From NCBI GenBank assembly GCA_963841915.1, contig CAWJEN010000005.1, positions 1,184,001-1,248,000 of the forward strand: a stretch of DNA of 64,000 bases, read 5' to 3'. The stretch is from an uncultured Planctomycetota bacterium (GTDB lineage: Bacteria > Planctomycetota > Phycisphaerae > Tepidisphaerales > Tepidisphaeraceae). Within the stretch, counting starts at the first letter, position 1; each line of letters opens with the position of its first letter. Positions 18,834 to 29,485 of the stretch are shown piece by piece. Position numbers and translations under genes: made by a program. The notes beneath the pieces were generated by a model. The model saw only the letters and a program-made list of their open reading frames with translations, had not been told where the DNA came from and searched no databases.

Positions 18834-19706
18834 ATGGCTAGGAAGGACCCACCAGACGACGGCCGCGATGCCGGCGAAGACGGTGGCGTCGACGGCTTGT
18901 CCCGCGAGTCGTTTACACGGACCGTCATTGACCGCGTCCGCGAAAAGTTCCCGCTCGTCAAGATCGGCCGGGCCAAGCATTCGTTCTGCGTCCGCGTCAA
19001 CGGCCAGGTCGTCAGCCTCGAAAACCTGTACCGCATCAGCCAACTTGCCCCCGAAGACCTGCAACGCCAAGTCGAGCGGTGGACGGTCGAGCTGCTCCGC
19101 GCCGGCGAGGGGCGGCCTGATCGTGACGCGGGTCTGGACGAAGTTCGTGATCGCATCCTTCCGATGCTTTTGCCCGGTGGCATGACTGAAGGCGCCGTCG
19201 GCGGCATTGACGTCAACGGCCAGGCGACCGACACGACCGGGCTGGCCGTCCGCGAACTCGTGCCCGGCCTGAGCGTCGGATACGTCATCGACGGTGACCA
19301 CACGATCGCCTACATCCCTGAGTCGGCCCTGGACCGCTGGTACCTCGACATCGAAGAACTCGACAAGCTGGCGATGGACAACCTCACACAGCGCAGTGAG
19401 ATGATGAACGCCCACGCCTCGCAGGACGGCGACGGCAATACGAACCTGATCCTGTTCCAGTTGCTCGACGGGTTCGACGCGTCACGGTTGCTGTTGCCGA
19501 ACCTGCACGATCGCTTGCGCGAACACCTTGGAAGCCCGTTCCTGGCCGCGGTGCCCAACCGGAACATTCTGCTCTGCATCCGAGACGACGGAACCACGGC
19601 CGAGTCGATTCGCACCCAAATCAGCCAAGACTTCCAGACCAAGCCCCATTCGATCATCGACAAGCTGTTGCTTGTCACCGCCGACGGCATCGCGCCGGGC
19701 GAGTGA
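18834..19706 (+). CDS. DUF1444-family protein
   Basis: RILPML...L.VGYVID...AYI...W...L...AM.NL, DGFDASRLL, AVPNRNILL. Confidence 0.7.
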   Translation: MARKDPPDDGRDAGEDGGVDGLSRESFTRTVIDRVREKFPLVKIGRAKHSFCVRVNGQVVSLENLYRISQLAPEDLQRQVERWTVELLRAGEGRPDRDAGLDEVRDRILPMLLPGGMTEGAVGGIDVNGQATDTTGLAVRELVPGLSVGYVIDGDHTIAYIPESALDRWYLDIEELDKLAMDNLTQRSEMMNAHASQDGDGNTNLILFQLLDGFDASRLLLPNLHDRLREHLGSPFLAAVPNRNILLCIRDDGTTAESIRTQISQDFQTKPHSIIDKLLLVTADGIAPGE

Positions 19707-19738
19707 TTGTTTCGTCACCCATCGCAAGGACGCGACGC

Positions 19739-21145
19739 ATGACACGATTGATTCTGCTGCTGACGCTATTGCTGCCATCGCTCGCCGCCGGTTCGCCGCG
19801 GATCGACAAGGCGATGACGCTTGCGCCCAAAGGTGCGACGGTGGCGGTGCACGTCGAGCGGCTGGATCAACCGGCCGAGGTGTATGACCGCAACGCCACG
19901 CGCGCCATGATCCCGGCGAGCAACCTGAAGGTGCTGACCACCGCCGCGGCTCTGTCCGAGCTCGGCAGCGACTACCGATTCCAGACGAAGCTGCTCGTCC
20001 GGCCGACCGGTGACGAGGGCGAGGCCGACGTGCTGGTCGTCGGTGGTGGCGATCCGACCTTCGGCGACGCGGAACTTCTGGACGGCGTCGACGGTTGGGA
20101 CGTCCGGACGATCCTCGAGCAATGGGCGGGCATTCTCGCCGACCGCGGCATTTCAAAGGTTCGGGCGCTACACGCTGACGACACGATCTTCGACAGTGAG
20201 TACGACCACCCGAACTGGCCGTCGAATCAGAAGCATCTGTGGTACGAAGCCCAGGTTGGGGGGCTGAACCTGAATATCAACACGATCGGCGTGCACCTCG
20301 AGCGGGCGGGTAGCCGCATGGACGTCAAGCTCGATCCGCCGACGAAGTTCGTCACGATCGACGGCACCGTCAAGAGCGGCAAGAAGAACGCCGTCATTGC
20401 CTCTCGGCGGCTCGGTACGAACACGCTCATTCTCGGTGGTGAGACAAACGCACGGGTACAAGGGCCGCTCCGCGTCACAATTGACGGGCCGACAGACTAC
20501 TTCGCAGCCGTCTTTGCCGAAGCCCTCGCCGACGCGGGCATAACGGTCGCAGGCACGGTGGTCGGGCCGGTCGAGACGACGGACGCGTGGGAGCTGATTG
20601 CCCTGCACGAAACGCCGCTCGGCACCGTGATGTCGCGGACGAACGAAGACAGCATCAACCTGTATGCTGAGACGTTGATCAAGCTGCTGGGTCGTCGGGC
20701 GACGGGCCAGCCGGGCTCGTGGCAAACCGGCGGCGACGCCGTCATTGCCTACCTCGACGGCCTCGGCGTCGATGTCTCCTCCATCGTGTTCGACGACGGC
20801 AGCGGGATGAGTCGCCTCAACCGCGTCACAGCCAAGGCCATGACGGCAGCGCTGGCCGACCAGTACAGCTCGGACGACTTCGACTTTTACCGCGACGCCC
20901 TCAGCGACGCCGGCAGTGACGGCACGCTCGAACGCCGCTTCCGCGATCAGCCGAGCCTGCACGGCCGCGTCTGGGGCAAAACCGGCTACATCAACGGCGT
21001 CAGCACCATGAGCGGCTACCTCCACGCCCAGGACGGCCACTGGTACGCCTTCAGCGTTCTCGTCAATGACATCCCCAGCGGCAAAGTCTGGCAGGCAAAG
21101 GCCCTGCAGGAAGCCGTCGTCGCGGCAGTCGACGCAGGTAATTGA
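19739..21145 (+). CDS. dacB: D-alanyl-D-alanine carboxypeptidase/endopeptidase (PBP4, peptidase S13)
   Basis: PASNLK (SxxK), GGGDPTF, SIN (SxN), DGSGMSRLN, KTG. Confidence 0.93.
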   Translation: MTRLILLLTLLLPSLAAGSPRIDKAMTLAPKGATVAVHVERLDQPAEVYDRNATRAMIPASNLKVLTTAAALSELGSDYRFQTKLLVRPTGDEGEADVLVVGGGDPTFGDAELLDGVDGWDVRTILEQWAGILADRGISKVRALHADDTIFDSEYDHPNWPSNQKHLWYEAQVGGLNLNINTIGVHLERAGSRMDVKLDPPTKFVTIDGTVKSGKKNAVIASRRLGTNTLILGGETNARVQGPLRVTIDGPTDYFAAVFAEALADAGITVAGTVVGPVETTDAWELIALHETPLGTVMSRTNEDSINLYAETLIKLLGRRATGQPGSWQTGGDAVIAYLDGLGVDVSSIVFDDGSGMSRLNRVTAKAMTAALADQYSSDDFDFYRDALSDAGSDGTLERRFRDQPSLHGRVWGKTGYINGVSTMSGYLHAQDGHWYAFSVLVNDIPSGKVWQAKALQEAVVAAVDAGN

Positions 21146-21154
21146 AGTCGCGTT

Positions 21155-23338
21155 TTACTCCGACGGCCACTCCATCTTGAGCGCTTCGACAAGGAACGCG
21201 TACAGCTCCGCCTGTTCGTCGAGAGCCATTGCGAGCGGTTTGCCGGCACCGTGGCCGGTGCCAACGTCGTAGCGGAGCAGGAAGGGGCCGCCCTCGGCTT
21301 CGTGTTGCAGGGCTGCGACCCACTTGAGGCTGTGGGCCGGTACGACGCGGTCGTCCCCGTCGCCCGTCGTGACCAGGATCGGCGGAAGCTGCTTGTCCGT
21401 CGGCACGGTGTGCAGCGGGCTGTACGTCATGAGGTTCTCGAACGCGGCCGCGTCCTCGTCGGCGTTGCCGTACTCGACGGTCCAGAACCGGCCGGTCCCA
21501 AACGTGTGGTAGCGGAGCATGTCCGTGACCGGCACCGCCGAGTGGACGGCACCGAACAGCTCAGGCCGTTGCTGTACGACGGCTGCGACGAGCAGTCCGC
21601 CGTTGCTGCCGCCTTGAATGGCGAGCTTCTCGGGCGACGTGTAGCCCTCACTTGTCAGAAACTCACCGGCTGCGATGAAGTCGTCGAACACGTTTTGTTT
21701 CTGGTCGAGCATGCCCGCTTCGTGCCACGGCTGCCCGTACTCACCGCCGCCCCGCAGATTGGCCACTGCAAACACGCCGCCCTGTTCGAGCCACGCCAGT
21801 CGCACGGAACTGAAGAAGGGCGTGAGGCTGACGTCGAAGCCGCCGTAGCCGTAGAGGATGGTCGGGTTGGTGCCGTCGAGCTCTAGGCCCTTCTTATGCG
21901 TGATGAACATCGGCACCTTCGTGCCGTCGGCGCTTTCGTAGAAGACCTGTGTCGACTTGTAGGCGTCGGGATCGAAACCGGCCGGGGCGTTGCTGGCGAG
22001 CTTCGTCAGCTCACCGCTCGACAGGTTGTACTCAAAAGGCGTCGAGGGGTAGGTAAAGCCGGTGAAGCCGAAGTAAAGCGTGTCGTGCCACGGATCGCCG
22101 TCAAGGCTGCTGACGCTACCGACGGCCGGCAGTTCGATCGTCTGCTCGTCGCCGCCTTCAAGGTTGTAATGCTTGAGCACGCTCTTTGCGTCCTGCATGT
22201 ACAGGGCGACGTAGCGATCTCCTGCACGTACCACTTGCTCCAGCTTTGTGCCGGGCGTTGTTGGTTCGGCGATGACAGTCTGCCAATGCTCCGGATCGCT
22301 GTTGGCCGGGTCGATGAAGACGAACTTACCTGCCGGTGCGTCACGATTGGTGAGCGTCGCCATGAAAGCTTTGTCACCTTCAGGTGTCGAGCGGGTCGGG
22401 TCGTCGACCACGCTGTACTCGGCCTGGCCGGCGGGGAACAACTCGCGGAAACCACCCGGATAGGCGGGGTTGCAGCACTGAGCCTTGTACTGAATCCCTG
22501 CCCGCCGATCGGTGCCTGTGTAGGTGTAAATGAGGAAGAACTCGCCTTCGCTCGTGACGCTCGGGGCCAGGCTCAGCTCGGGCGTCTCGGGAAAGTCGAG
22601 AATCTTGACGTCTTCGGACTGATCGGTTTCGAGGTCATGCCAGTAGAGCGTCTGGTTGAGGCGGCTGTCGATGGAGGGGTACTTCGAGTACCAGAACCCG
22701 CGGCCACCGGGGTGCCAGGCGATGGAGCTGAACCGCATGTTCTCCATCTGCTCGGGGTAATGCTCGCCGAGCTTGCCGGGTCGCAGATCCATGATGCGGA
22801 TGACGCGGTCGTCGCTGCCGCCTTCGCTGACCGCGTAGGCCATGCTCGTGCCGTCGGGGCTGGGCCAGGTGCCGGCAAGTGCAGTCGTGCCATCATCGCT
22901 GAAGATGTTGGGGTCGATGAGGAGCTTGAACTCGCCCTCGGTGGCCGGGCCGCTGATGTGCAGCACGCTGTGGTTCTGCAGGCCGTTGTTCTCGTACCGA
23001 AAGGTCTGCGTGCCACGCCCGGTCAGGCCGCTCGTGTCGTCGCGCCCGGCCCGGCTGGGCGTGCTGACTCGTTCGTAATCGACGAGCGAATCCAACCGCT
23101 CGCGGATAGTCTCCACGAGGGCGACGTCGACGTACGCGTCGAACAGCTCGTTCTGACTATTAATAAAAGACCGCGTCTCGGCGGCATTGGGTGTCTCGAG
23201 CCAGCGGTACGGGTCAGCGACGGCGGTGCCGTGGTAGTCGGTCGAAGCGTCGCCGCGTGTGGCAACGGGGTACTCGGCGGCAACGACAGAAGCTGACAGC
23301 ATGGCACAAGCGACAAGTGCGAGAGATGAAGTACGCAT
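21155..23338 (-). CDS. Prolyl oligopeptidase (S9A), secreted
   Basis: Signal peptide, DPYRWLE, YGYGGF, RGGGEYG, GGSNGG (catalytic Ser), DDRV, GHG. Confidence 0.95.
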   Translation of the reverse strand: MRTSSLALVACAMLSASVVAAEYPVATRGDASTDYHGTAVADPYRWLETPNAAETRSFINSQNELFDAYVDVALVETIRERLDSLVDYERVSTPSRAGRDDTSGLTGRGTQTFRYENNGLQNHSVLHISGPATEGEFKLLIDPNIFSDDGTTALAGTWPSPDGTSMAYAVSEGGSDDRVIRIMDLRPGKLGEHYPEQMENMRFSSIAWHPGGRGFWYSKYPSIDSRLNQTLYWHDLETDQSEDVKILDFPETPELSLAPSVTSEGEFFLIYTYTGTDRRAGIQYKAQCCNPAYPGGFRELFPAGQAEYSVVDDPTRSTPEGDKAFMATLTNRDAPAGKFVFIDPANSDPEHWQTVIAEPTTPGTKLEQVVRAGDRYVALYMQDAKSVLKHYNLEGGDEQTIELPAVGSVSSLDGDPWHDTLYFGFTGFTYPSTPFEYNLSSGELTKLASNAPAGFDPDAYKSTQVFYESADGTKVPMFITHKKGLELDGTNPTILYGYGGFDVSLTPFFSSVRLAWLEQGGVFAVANLRGGGEYGQPWHEAGMLDQKQNVFDDFIAAGEFLTSEGYTSPEKLAIQGGSNGGLLVAAVVQQRPELFGAVHSAVPVTDMLRYHTFGTGRFWTVEYGNADEDAAAFENLMTYSPLHTVPTDKQLPPILVTTGDGDDRVVPAHSLKWVAALQHEAEGGPFLLRYDVGTGHGAGKPLAMALDEQAELYAFLVEALKMEWPSE

Positions 23339-23539
23339 CGCTTAACGGTAGTGCGATGACCTTGTGAAGTTGCAACCCGGACCTGCAGGGCCACAGTCCG
23401 ACATCATTGAGTACGTGGCGTCGCTTGGGTTGTCGCAGTTGCCCGTGAGGCGGCGTGGTGTACGCTCCCGCCCACCATCTGCACGGGGCGACGTTGCCCT
23501 GTGCGTCCGCCACCAGCCGCCAATGCGCTAGGAGAAGCC

Positions 23540-24766
23540 GTGTCCGAAATGAACTTGCCTGACGACCACCATCTGTTCACCAGCGAGAGCGTCTCAATGG
23601 GTCACCCTGACAAGGTGAGTGACCAAATCAGCGACGCCATTCTCGACGAGATTATGCGTGGCGACTCTGACCCCGCCAACGCACGTGTGGCCGTCGAGAC
23701 GCTGTGCACCACCGGGCAAGTCGTCGTGGCCGGCGAGGTTCGGACCGACAGCTACGTGCAGGTCGACGAGGTTGTCCGTCAGACCATCAAGGACATCGGC
23801 TACATCTACAACGATATCGGCTTCAGCTACGACTCGTGTGGCGTCCTCAACGCCATTCACGCACAGTCGGCGGACATCGCCCAAGGCGTCGACAAGTCGA
23901 GCGACGTCGAAGGCGAGCAGGGTGCGGGCGACCAGGGTCTGATGTTCGGCTACGCCAACCGCGAAACCGATGTCTTGATGCCGCTGCCGATTCACCTGAG
24001 CCACCGCATCGTCGAGAAACTGGCCGATCTGCGGGCCAGCGGTGAGATGGACTGGCTGCGACCCGACGCCAAGAGCCAGGTCACCGTCGAATACGACGGC
24101 GACGGCAAGCCGGTCAAGCTCCGTACGATTGTCGTCAGCACGCAGCACGCTGCGAGCAAGCTCGACAGCACGGGCAACCTCATGAACGATGAGGCCAAAC
24201 GCGAGATTATCGAGAAGGCGATCAAGCCGTGCCTGCCCGATGAGTACGCGGGTGACGACATCAAGTACCACATTAACCCGACGGGCAAGTTCGTCATCGG
24301 TGGTCCACACGGCGATGCGGGTCTGACGGGGCGAAAAATCATCGTCGACACCTACGGCGGTCGCGGCCGACACGGCGGCGGTGCGTTCAGCGGTAAGGAT
24401 CCGAGCAAAGTCGACCGCTCTGCCGCCTACGCCGCCCGGTACGTCGCCAAGAACATCGTCGCAGGCGGGTTGGCCGACGAGTGCGAAGTGCAGCTCGCCT
24501 ACGCCATCGGCGTGGCAGAGCCTGTCAGCGTCAACGTCACCACGTTCGGCACCGGCAAGATCAGCGAGGCCAAGATCGCCAAGCTTATCCGCGACCACTT
24601 CAAGCTCACACCCAAGGGCCTGATCGGCATGCTCGACCTCGTCAAGCCGATCTACAAGCAGACGGCTGCCCACGGCCACTTCGGCCGCGAGCCGGGCACC
24701 GACGGCGGCTTCTCCTGGGAGAAGACCGACAAGGCTGATGCCCTGAAGCAGGCGGCAGGTTTGTAG
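23540..24766 (+). CDS. metK: S-adenosylmethionine synthetase (start 23540 or 23549)
   Basis: [60 protein letters not shown]. Confidence 0.98.
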   Translation: MSEMNLPDDHHLFTSESVSMGHPDKVSDQISDAILDEIMRGDSDPANARVAVETLCTTGQVVVAGEVRTDSYVQVDEVVRQTIKDIGYIYNDIGFSYDSCGVLNAIHAQSADIAQGVDKSSDVEGEQGAGDQGLMFGYANRETDVLMPLPIHLSHRIVEKLADLRASGEMDWLRPDAKSQVTVEYDGDGKPVKLRTIVVSTQHAASKLDSTGNLMNDEAKREIIEKAIKPCLPDEYAGDDIKYHINPTGKFVIGGPHGDAGLTGRKIIVDTYGGRGRHGGGAFSGKDPSKVDRSAAYAARYVAKNIVAGGLADECEVQLAYAIGVAEPVSVNVTTFGTGKISEAKIAKLIRDHFKLTPKGLIGMLDLVKPIYKQTAAHGHFGREPGTDGGFSWEKTDKADALKQAAGL

Positions 24767-24776
24767 GGTCAGACGA

Positions 24777-24811
24777 CCCTGAGCCGCGGTCCGTGGGACC
24801 GCGGCTCGGGG
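24777..24811 (+). terminator. Intrinsic terminator after metK
   Basis: 16-bp stem CCCTGAGCCGCGGTCC-GTG-GGACCGCGGCTCGGGG followed by CTCTTT. Confidence 0.75.
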
Positions 24812-24896
24812 CTCTTTCCGTCTCCCGCAATGCGATTCCCAAGCGCGTCGAGCGACAGAACGTGCATTCGTCGGCGACACTGCTTACTTTATAAGC

Positions 24897-26537
24897 ATGA
24901 CAAATGCGGCAGCCTCAGCCCCGTCAAGCCGGGCAGAGCTAGAGAAGCAAACCCTATCCGACGTCGGACGCCTCCTGTCCAGCTCGCTCGAGCTCGGTGA
25001 GGCGTTCGAGCGGATGATGACCGTCGTTAACGACCGGCTCGAGCTTCGCCGCGGCACCCTTGTCCTGCTCGACGAGGCGACCGGCAAGCTGAGGACGGAA
25101 GGGGCGGTCGGACTGACCGGCGAAGACATTCGCAACAACCGCTTCAGCCTCGGCGAAGGTGTGACAGGCAACGTCGTTGCCACCGGCAGGCGGCGGGTCG
25201 TGGCTGACATTCGCAGCGAGCCTGACTTCCTTAACCGCACGAGTCGACTCGACCAGAACAAAAAGGACGGAGAAAGCGGGCAGACGAGCTTTATCTGCGT
25301 GCCGATCAAGATCGACGACCGCCCCATTGGTGCCCTGGCCGTCGACCTGCCGTTCCGCGGTGATGAAGAACTCGTCGCCGACGCAGATTTCATCAGCATC
25401 ATCGCCGCTTTTCTCGGCGGAGCGGTGCAGATCAACCAGATGATCCTGCGGGACAAGCAGGAGCTCATCGAGGAGAACACGCGGCTCCGCCAGAACGTTC
25501 GCGAGCGGTTCCGCTTCGAGAACATCATCGGCGACAGTCCGGCCATGAGCGAGGTCTACGCGACCGTCGCCCAAGTGGCCAACAGCCGGGCGACGGTGCT
25601 GATCCTGGGCGAGACCGGCACCGGTAAAGAGATGATTGCCAAGGCGATCCACTTCAACAGCCCACGAAGCGAAAAACCCTTTATCCGCGTCAACTGCGGC
25701 GCCCTCACCGGCACCTTGCTCGAAAGCGAGCTGTTCGGCCACGTCAAAGGCAGCTTCACCGGCGCGATCCGCGACAAAATCGGTCGCTTCGAGGCGGCCG
25801 ACGGCGGCACGATCTTCCTCGACGAAATCGGTACGATGGAGCCGCAGTTGCAGGTCAAATTGCTCCGCGTCCTCCAGGAGCGAGAGTTCGAAAAGGTCGG
25901 CGACACCGAGACGCAAAAGGTCGACGTCCGCGTCATCGCCGCGACCAACGTCGATCTTCAGGAGGAAGTCGCCAAGGAAAGCTTTCGCGAGGACCTGTTC
26001 TACCGACTCAACGTCGTGACCGTCTTCCTGCCGCCGCTTCGCAATCGGCGGGAGGACATTCCGTCGCTGCTCGACTTCTTCCTGAACCGATTCAACAAGG
26101 AGAATGATCGGAATCTCAGCCGCATCAGCCGAGAGTTCCTGACGCTGCTGACGCGTTACCCCTGGCCGGGCAACGTGCGTGAGCTGGAGAACATGGTCGA
26201 GCGTGCGGTGGTGCTGAGCGTGGACGAGGATTTTACGGAAGATTTGCTGCCATTGAGCGTTCGCATGTTCGCCCAGCAGGGCCGCACGGGAAGCTGGTCG
26301 AGCGACCAGACACTCGACGGCCTCGCGCGTGCACTGGCCGACAGAGCGACAAGCGGCTTCGACCTCGACGAGGGTCAGATCCACGCCGCCACCATCGACG
26401 CCGTCGAAGGCGCGTTGATCGAGCGTGCCCTCACCCGCTGCGGCGGCACGAAAACACGCGCCGCCGACTTCCTCGGGATCAACCGCAACACGCTCAACAA
26501 GAAGGTCAAGGACCTCGACATCCACGCCGCCGACTGA
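24897..26537 (+). CDS. Sigma-54-dependent activator, NifA-like architecture (GAF - AAA+ - Fis HTH)
   Basis: GAF (LGEGVTG, FLNRT, SFICVPI), GETGTGKE, ESELFGHVKGSFTGA, FLDEIG, WPGNVRELEN, AADFLGINRNTL. Confidence 0.93.
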   Translation: MTNAAASAPSSRAELEKQTLSDVGRLLSSSLELGEAFERMMTVVNDRLELRRGTLVLLDEATGKLRTEGAVGLTGEDIRNNRFSLGEGVTGNVVATGRRRVVADIRSEPDFLNRTSRLDQNKKDGESGQTSFICVPIKIDDRPIGALAVDLPFRGDEELVADADFISIIAAFLGGAVQINQMILRDKQELIEENTRLRQNVRERFRFENIIGDSPAMSEVYATVAQVANSRATVLILGETGTGKEMIAKAIHFNSPRSEKPFIRVNCGALTGTLLESELFGHVKGSFTGAIRDKIGRFEAADGGTIFLDEIGTMEPQLQVKLLRVLQEREFEKVGDTETQKVDVRVIAATNVDLQEEVAKESFREDLFYRLNVVTVFLPPLRNRREDIPSLLDFFLNRFNKENDRNLSRISREFLTLLTRYPWPGNVRELENMVERAVVLSVDEDFTEDLLPLSVRMFAQQGRTGSWSSDQTLDGLARALADRATSGFDLDEGQIHAATIDAVEGALIERALTRCGGTKTRAADFLGINRNTLNKKVKDLDIHAAD

Positions 26538-26580
26538 CGGCGGGTCGCTACTTAAGCATCTCAGCAGTGGATCAGCCCGT

Positions 26581-26922
26581 TCAGGTCGCCGGCCGGCCCT
26601 CGATCTGCACCGCCGCTAACGCCAGCGGGACGCTCTCGTAGCGGCTGAACAGCTTGTCGAGACGGCTCAGCTCGAAGGCACGCCATAGTTCGTCCTTCAC
26701 CGCGCACAGTGCGACGCGACAGCCGGTCTCGCTAAGCAGCTTGCGAAGGCCGACGAGCTGGGCGAGGTTGCTCGAGTTGACGAACGTGACCGTCGCCATA
26801 TCGAGAATGGCGTGTCGCGGTTCCTCTTCGAGTTCGCGCTCGAGTTCCTCCATCTCGTCGCCGAACGACGGATCATCGGCCAGATGGGCCACACAAACGG
26901 TTTCGTTCCAGTCGACCGGCAT
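26581..26922 (-). CDS. STAS-domain protein (anti-sigma factor antagonist)
   Basis: ILDMATVTFVNSSNLAQLV and FELSRLDKLF. Confidence 0.85.
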   Translation of the reverse strand: MPVDWNETVCVAHLADDPSFGDEMEELERELEEEPRHAILDMATVTFVNSSNLAQLVGLRKLLSETGCRVALCAVKDELWRAFELSRLDKLFSRYESVPLALAAVQIEGRPAT

Positions 26923-26989
26923 CGCAGCACGGTAACGACCCACGGCACAAGGTGAAAGGTGCGACCTCTTGCCCGTCTACCCTGCCGAC

Positions 26990-28303
26990 ATGCCGATTCC
27001 GGTCATCGCGCTCGACTCACCGCAAGGCCCGCAGCAGGTCGAGGCCATGTTGCACCGCCTGCGGCTCGACCCGCGCGACCTGTTCCGCGACGACGAAGCG
27101 ACCCGCAGCGTTCGGCAGATTCTGCAGGACGTGGCCGAGCGGGGCGATGAGGCACTCGTCGAGTCGGCAAGGCGGTTCGACGATCCAAAGTTTGATGCGA
27201 AGGACCTTGTCGCGACGCCGGACGAGATGGCCGCGGCGGCGGAACGGGTCGATGCCGACCTGATGGCTCACCTTCGCCGGGCAATCGAGCAGGTTCGCTC
27301 GTATCAGCAACAGATTCTTCCCGACGACGTGAGCTTCGAGCGGGAAGGCGTGCGGCTGGGTCTGCGGTACACGCCGCTCGCGTCGGCCGGTTGCTATGTG
27401 CCGGGCGGCAAGGCGAGTTATCCGTCGAGCCTGATTCACCTGGCGGTGCCGGCACAGGTTGCGGGCGTGAGCGAGGTGGTCGCGACGACGCCGCCCAGTG
27501 CGTACGGCAAGAGTGACCTTGTCCTCGCCGCGGCACACGAGCTTGCACTCTCGAAGCTCGTCCGCGTCGGTGGGCCGGCTGCCATCGCGGCGCTGGCGTT
27601 TGGCACCGAGAGTGTGCCGCGCGTCGACAAAATCGTCGGTCCCGGTAACACCTACGTGCAGATTGCCAAGCGGCTTGTCGCCGGTGGCGTGGCGGTTGAC
27701 GGCTTCCTCGGGCCGAGCGAAGTGCTTGTGTTTGCGGACGATTCTCCAGAGCCGGCGTATGTGGCTGCCGACCTGCTGGCCCAGGCGGAGCACGATCCGG
27801 GCAGCTGTTATCTGCTGACGACCGACCCGACACTGCCCGCGAAGGTGAAGGCCGAGCTGGAGAAGCAGCTTGCCAAGTTGTCCCGCCGGGATGCTGCCGC
27901 CAAGGCTTTGGCGAGTGAGTCAGCAATCATCTGGTGCGAGGACGAGGCGCGTTTGCTGGCCTTGGCGAACAGCTTCGCCGCTGAGCACCTCAGCGTGCAG
28001 ACGCGTGATCCGCGTGCGACGCTGGCGAAGATTTCCAACGCCGGTTGTGCGTTTCTTGGGCCGTGGAGCCCGGTCGCGGCAGGTGATTACGTGGCCGGGC
28101 CCAGTCACTGTCTGCCGACGAATACGACGGCCCGCTTCGGCGGCGGGATCAGCGTGTTCGAGTTCCTCAAGCGGGGCGGCGTCGTGCAGTACGACGAGGC
28201 GTCACTGCAGGCCGATGCCTCTGCGGTGACGGCTCTGGCCGACGCTGAAGGGCTCGACGCCCACGCCCAAAGCGTGCGTGTGCGTACCGGCCCGCGGATA
28301 TAG
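26990..28303 (+). CDS. hisD: Histidinol dehydrogenase
   Basis: GCYVPGGKASYPSS, KIVGPGNTYV, GPSEV, DLLAQAEHD, AEHL, GDYVAGPSHCLPT. Confidence 0.97.
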   Translation: MPIPVIALDSPQGPQQVEAMLHRLRLDPRDLFRDDEATRSVRQILQDVAERGDEALVESARRFDDPKFDAKDLVATPDEMAAAAERVDADLMAHLRRAIEQVRSYQQQILPDDVSFEREGVRLGLRYTPLASAGCYVPGGKASYPSSLIHLAVPAQVAGVSEVVATTPPSAYGKSDLVLAAAHELALSKLVRVGGPAAIAALAFGTESVPRVDKIVGPGNTYVQIAKRLVAGGVAVDGFLGPSEVLVFADDSPEPAYVAADLLAQAEHDPGSCYLLTTDPTLPAKVKAELEKQLAKLSRRDAAAKALASESAIIWCEDEARLLALANSFAAEHLSVQTRDPRATLAKISNAGCAFLGPWSPVAAGDYVAGPSHCLPTNTTARFGGGISVFEFLKRGGVVQYDEASLQADASAVTALADAEGLDAHAQSVRVRTGPRI

Positions 28304-28332
28304 ATGCTGCTGGACGACCTACGTTCTGCCCC

Positions 28333-29259
28333 GTGGACCGACGCCTGCTCATTCTCGGCGTTGGCATCGTTGCCCTGTCGACAGCAGTGGTGTTCGTCAA
28401 GCTCAGCGAGTTGCCGCCCTCGTTTCTGGCGTCGATGCGGTTGCTGCTCGGAGCGTTGATTTTGTGGCCCTTCGTCGGTGGCAAGATCGAGCGGCTGCCC
28501 GGTAGGCGGCACCCGCTGATCGCGGCGCTGCCGGCGGCGTTGTTGCTGGGGGCTCACTTTGTCACCTGGTTCATTGGCGTCCGTGAGACCACAGCCGCCA
28601 ATGCGACGCTCATCGTCAATCTCTCTCCGGTCATCATGCCGTTCGCATTGCTGGCGATCGTCGGTGAGCGGGTGACGGGACGGGAAGTCGTCGGCAGCAT
28701 CCTGGCGGTCATGGGTGTCGTCGTGCTCGGGGCCGACTCGGCGTCGATCGACGCCACCTCCTTACGCGGCGATCTCATCTGCGTCGTCGGCATGGTGCTG
28801 GCGGTGCTGTACCTCGTGCTGGCCAGACGCAATGCAGGCGGGCGTGGCATCATCAGCTACCTCGTGCCACTCTACGCGATCGCGGGGGTGGCCACGCTCA
28901 TCTACTCCGCGGCGTCGGGTGAGATTGCTCAGATGCTGCGGACGACTTACAGCTGGCCGCGTGAGCTGCTCCTGATGGTGACGTTGGCCGTCGTGCCTAC
29001 CGCGTTCGGGCACAGCGTGCTGAACTGGGCGATGGTGCACCTGCGTGGCCAGGTGGTCGCGACGGCGAGTCTCGGGCAGGTTGTATTTGCGGCGATACTG
29101 GCGTGGTGGGCACTGGGCGAGGTACCGGCAGACAGCTTTTATCTGGCGTGTGTGTTCATCGGGCTCGGAGCGTTGGTGGTGATCCTGAAGCCGCGGAAGC
29201 GGGCTGAGCCGGTCGAGCCCGTGGTCCTCGAAGTCGAGGCGGCCGAGCCGGCGTCCTGA
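28333..29259 (+). CDS. DMT/EamA family transporter
   Basis: About 10 hydrophobic helices in two EamA-like repeats; GERVT, GDL. Confidence 0.85.
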   Translation: MDRRLLILGVGIVALSTAVVFVKLSELPPSFLASMRLLLGALILWPFVGGKIERLPGRRHPLIAALPAALLLGAHFVTWFIGVRETTAANATLIVNLSPVIMPFALLAIVGERVTGREVVGSILAVMGVVVLGADSASIDATSLRGDLICVVGMVLAVLYLVLARRNAGGRGIISYLVPLYAIAGVATLIYSAASGEIAQMLRTTYSWPRELLLMVTLAVVPTAFGHSVLNWAMVHLRGQVVATASLGQVVFAAILAWWALGEVPADSFYLACVFIGLGALVVILKPRKRAEPVEPVVLEVEAAEPAS

Positions 29260-29485
29260 TTGGCACCGTCGACCCATCTTCAACGCGTTGTGTGACGCTG
29301 CGTTGCATCCAGCAGGCCGTCCGCGGCGTAACGTGGTGACTGGACGGACCGGTAATTCGTGATGCCCGGCTCGAAGTGGCCCCGCGTCGCGTACCGGCTA
29401 TGTTGGCACCAAGAGAGGTCGATCGGGTAGGGCCCGTCGATATCGAATCGGGTCCAGTGCCTACTAAGGGGGAAACGTCGACGTC

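Noticed and set aside
15425..21145. murA and dacB as a surprise in a planctomycete
   Set aside because: Peptidoglycan synthesis in planctomycetes is already established; these are ordinary genes.
23339..23539. SAM riboswitch upstream of metK (hairpin GCACGGGGC/GCCCTGTGC at 23481-23504 and a GCAACC word)
   Set aside because: The core motifs of SAM-I, II, V, SAM-SAH and SAH riboswitches are not recognisable; only a generic hairpin is present. An Rfam scan would settle it.
24897..26537. Calling the activator nifA and inferring nitrogen fixation
   Set aside because: Domain architecture alone is insufficient, and no nif structural genes are present in the window.
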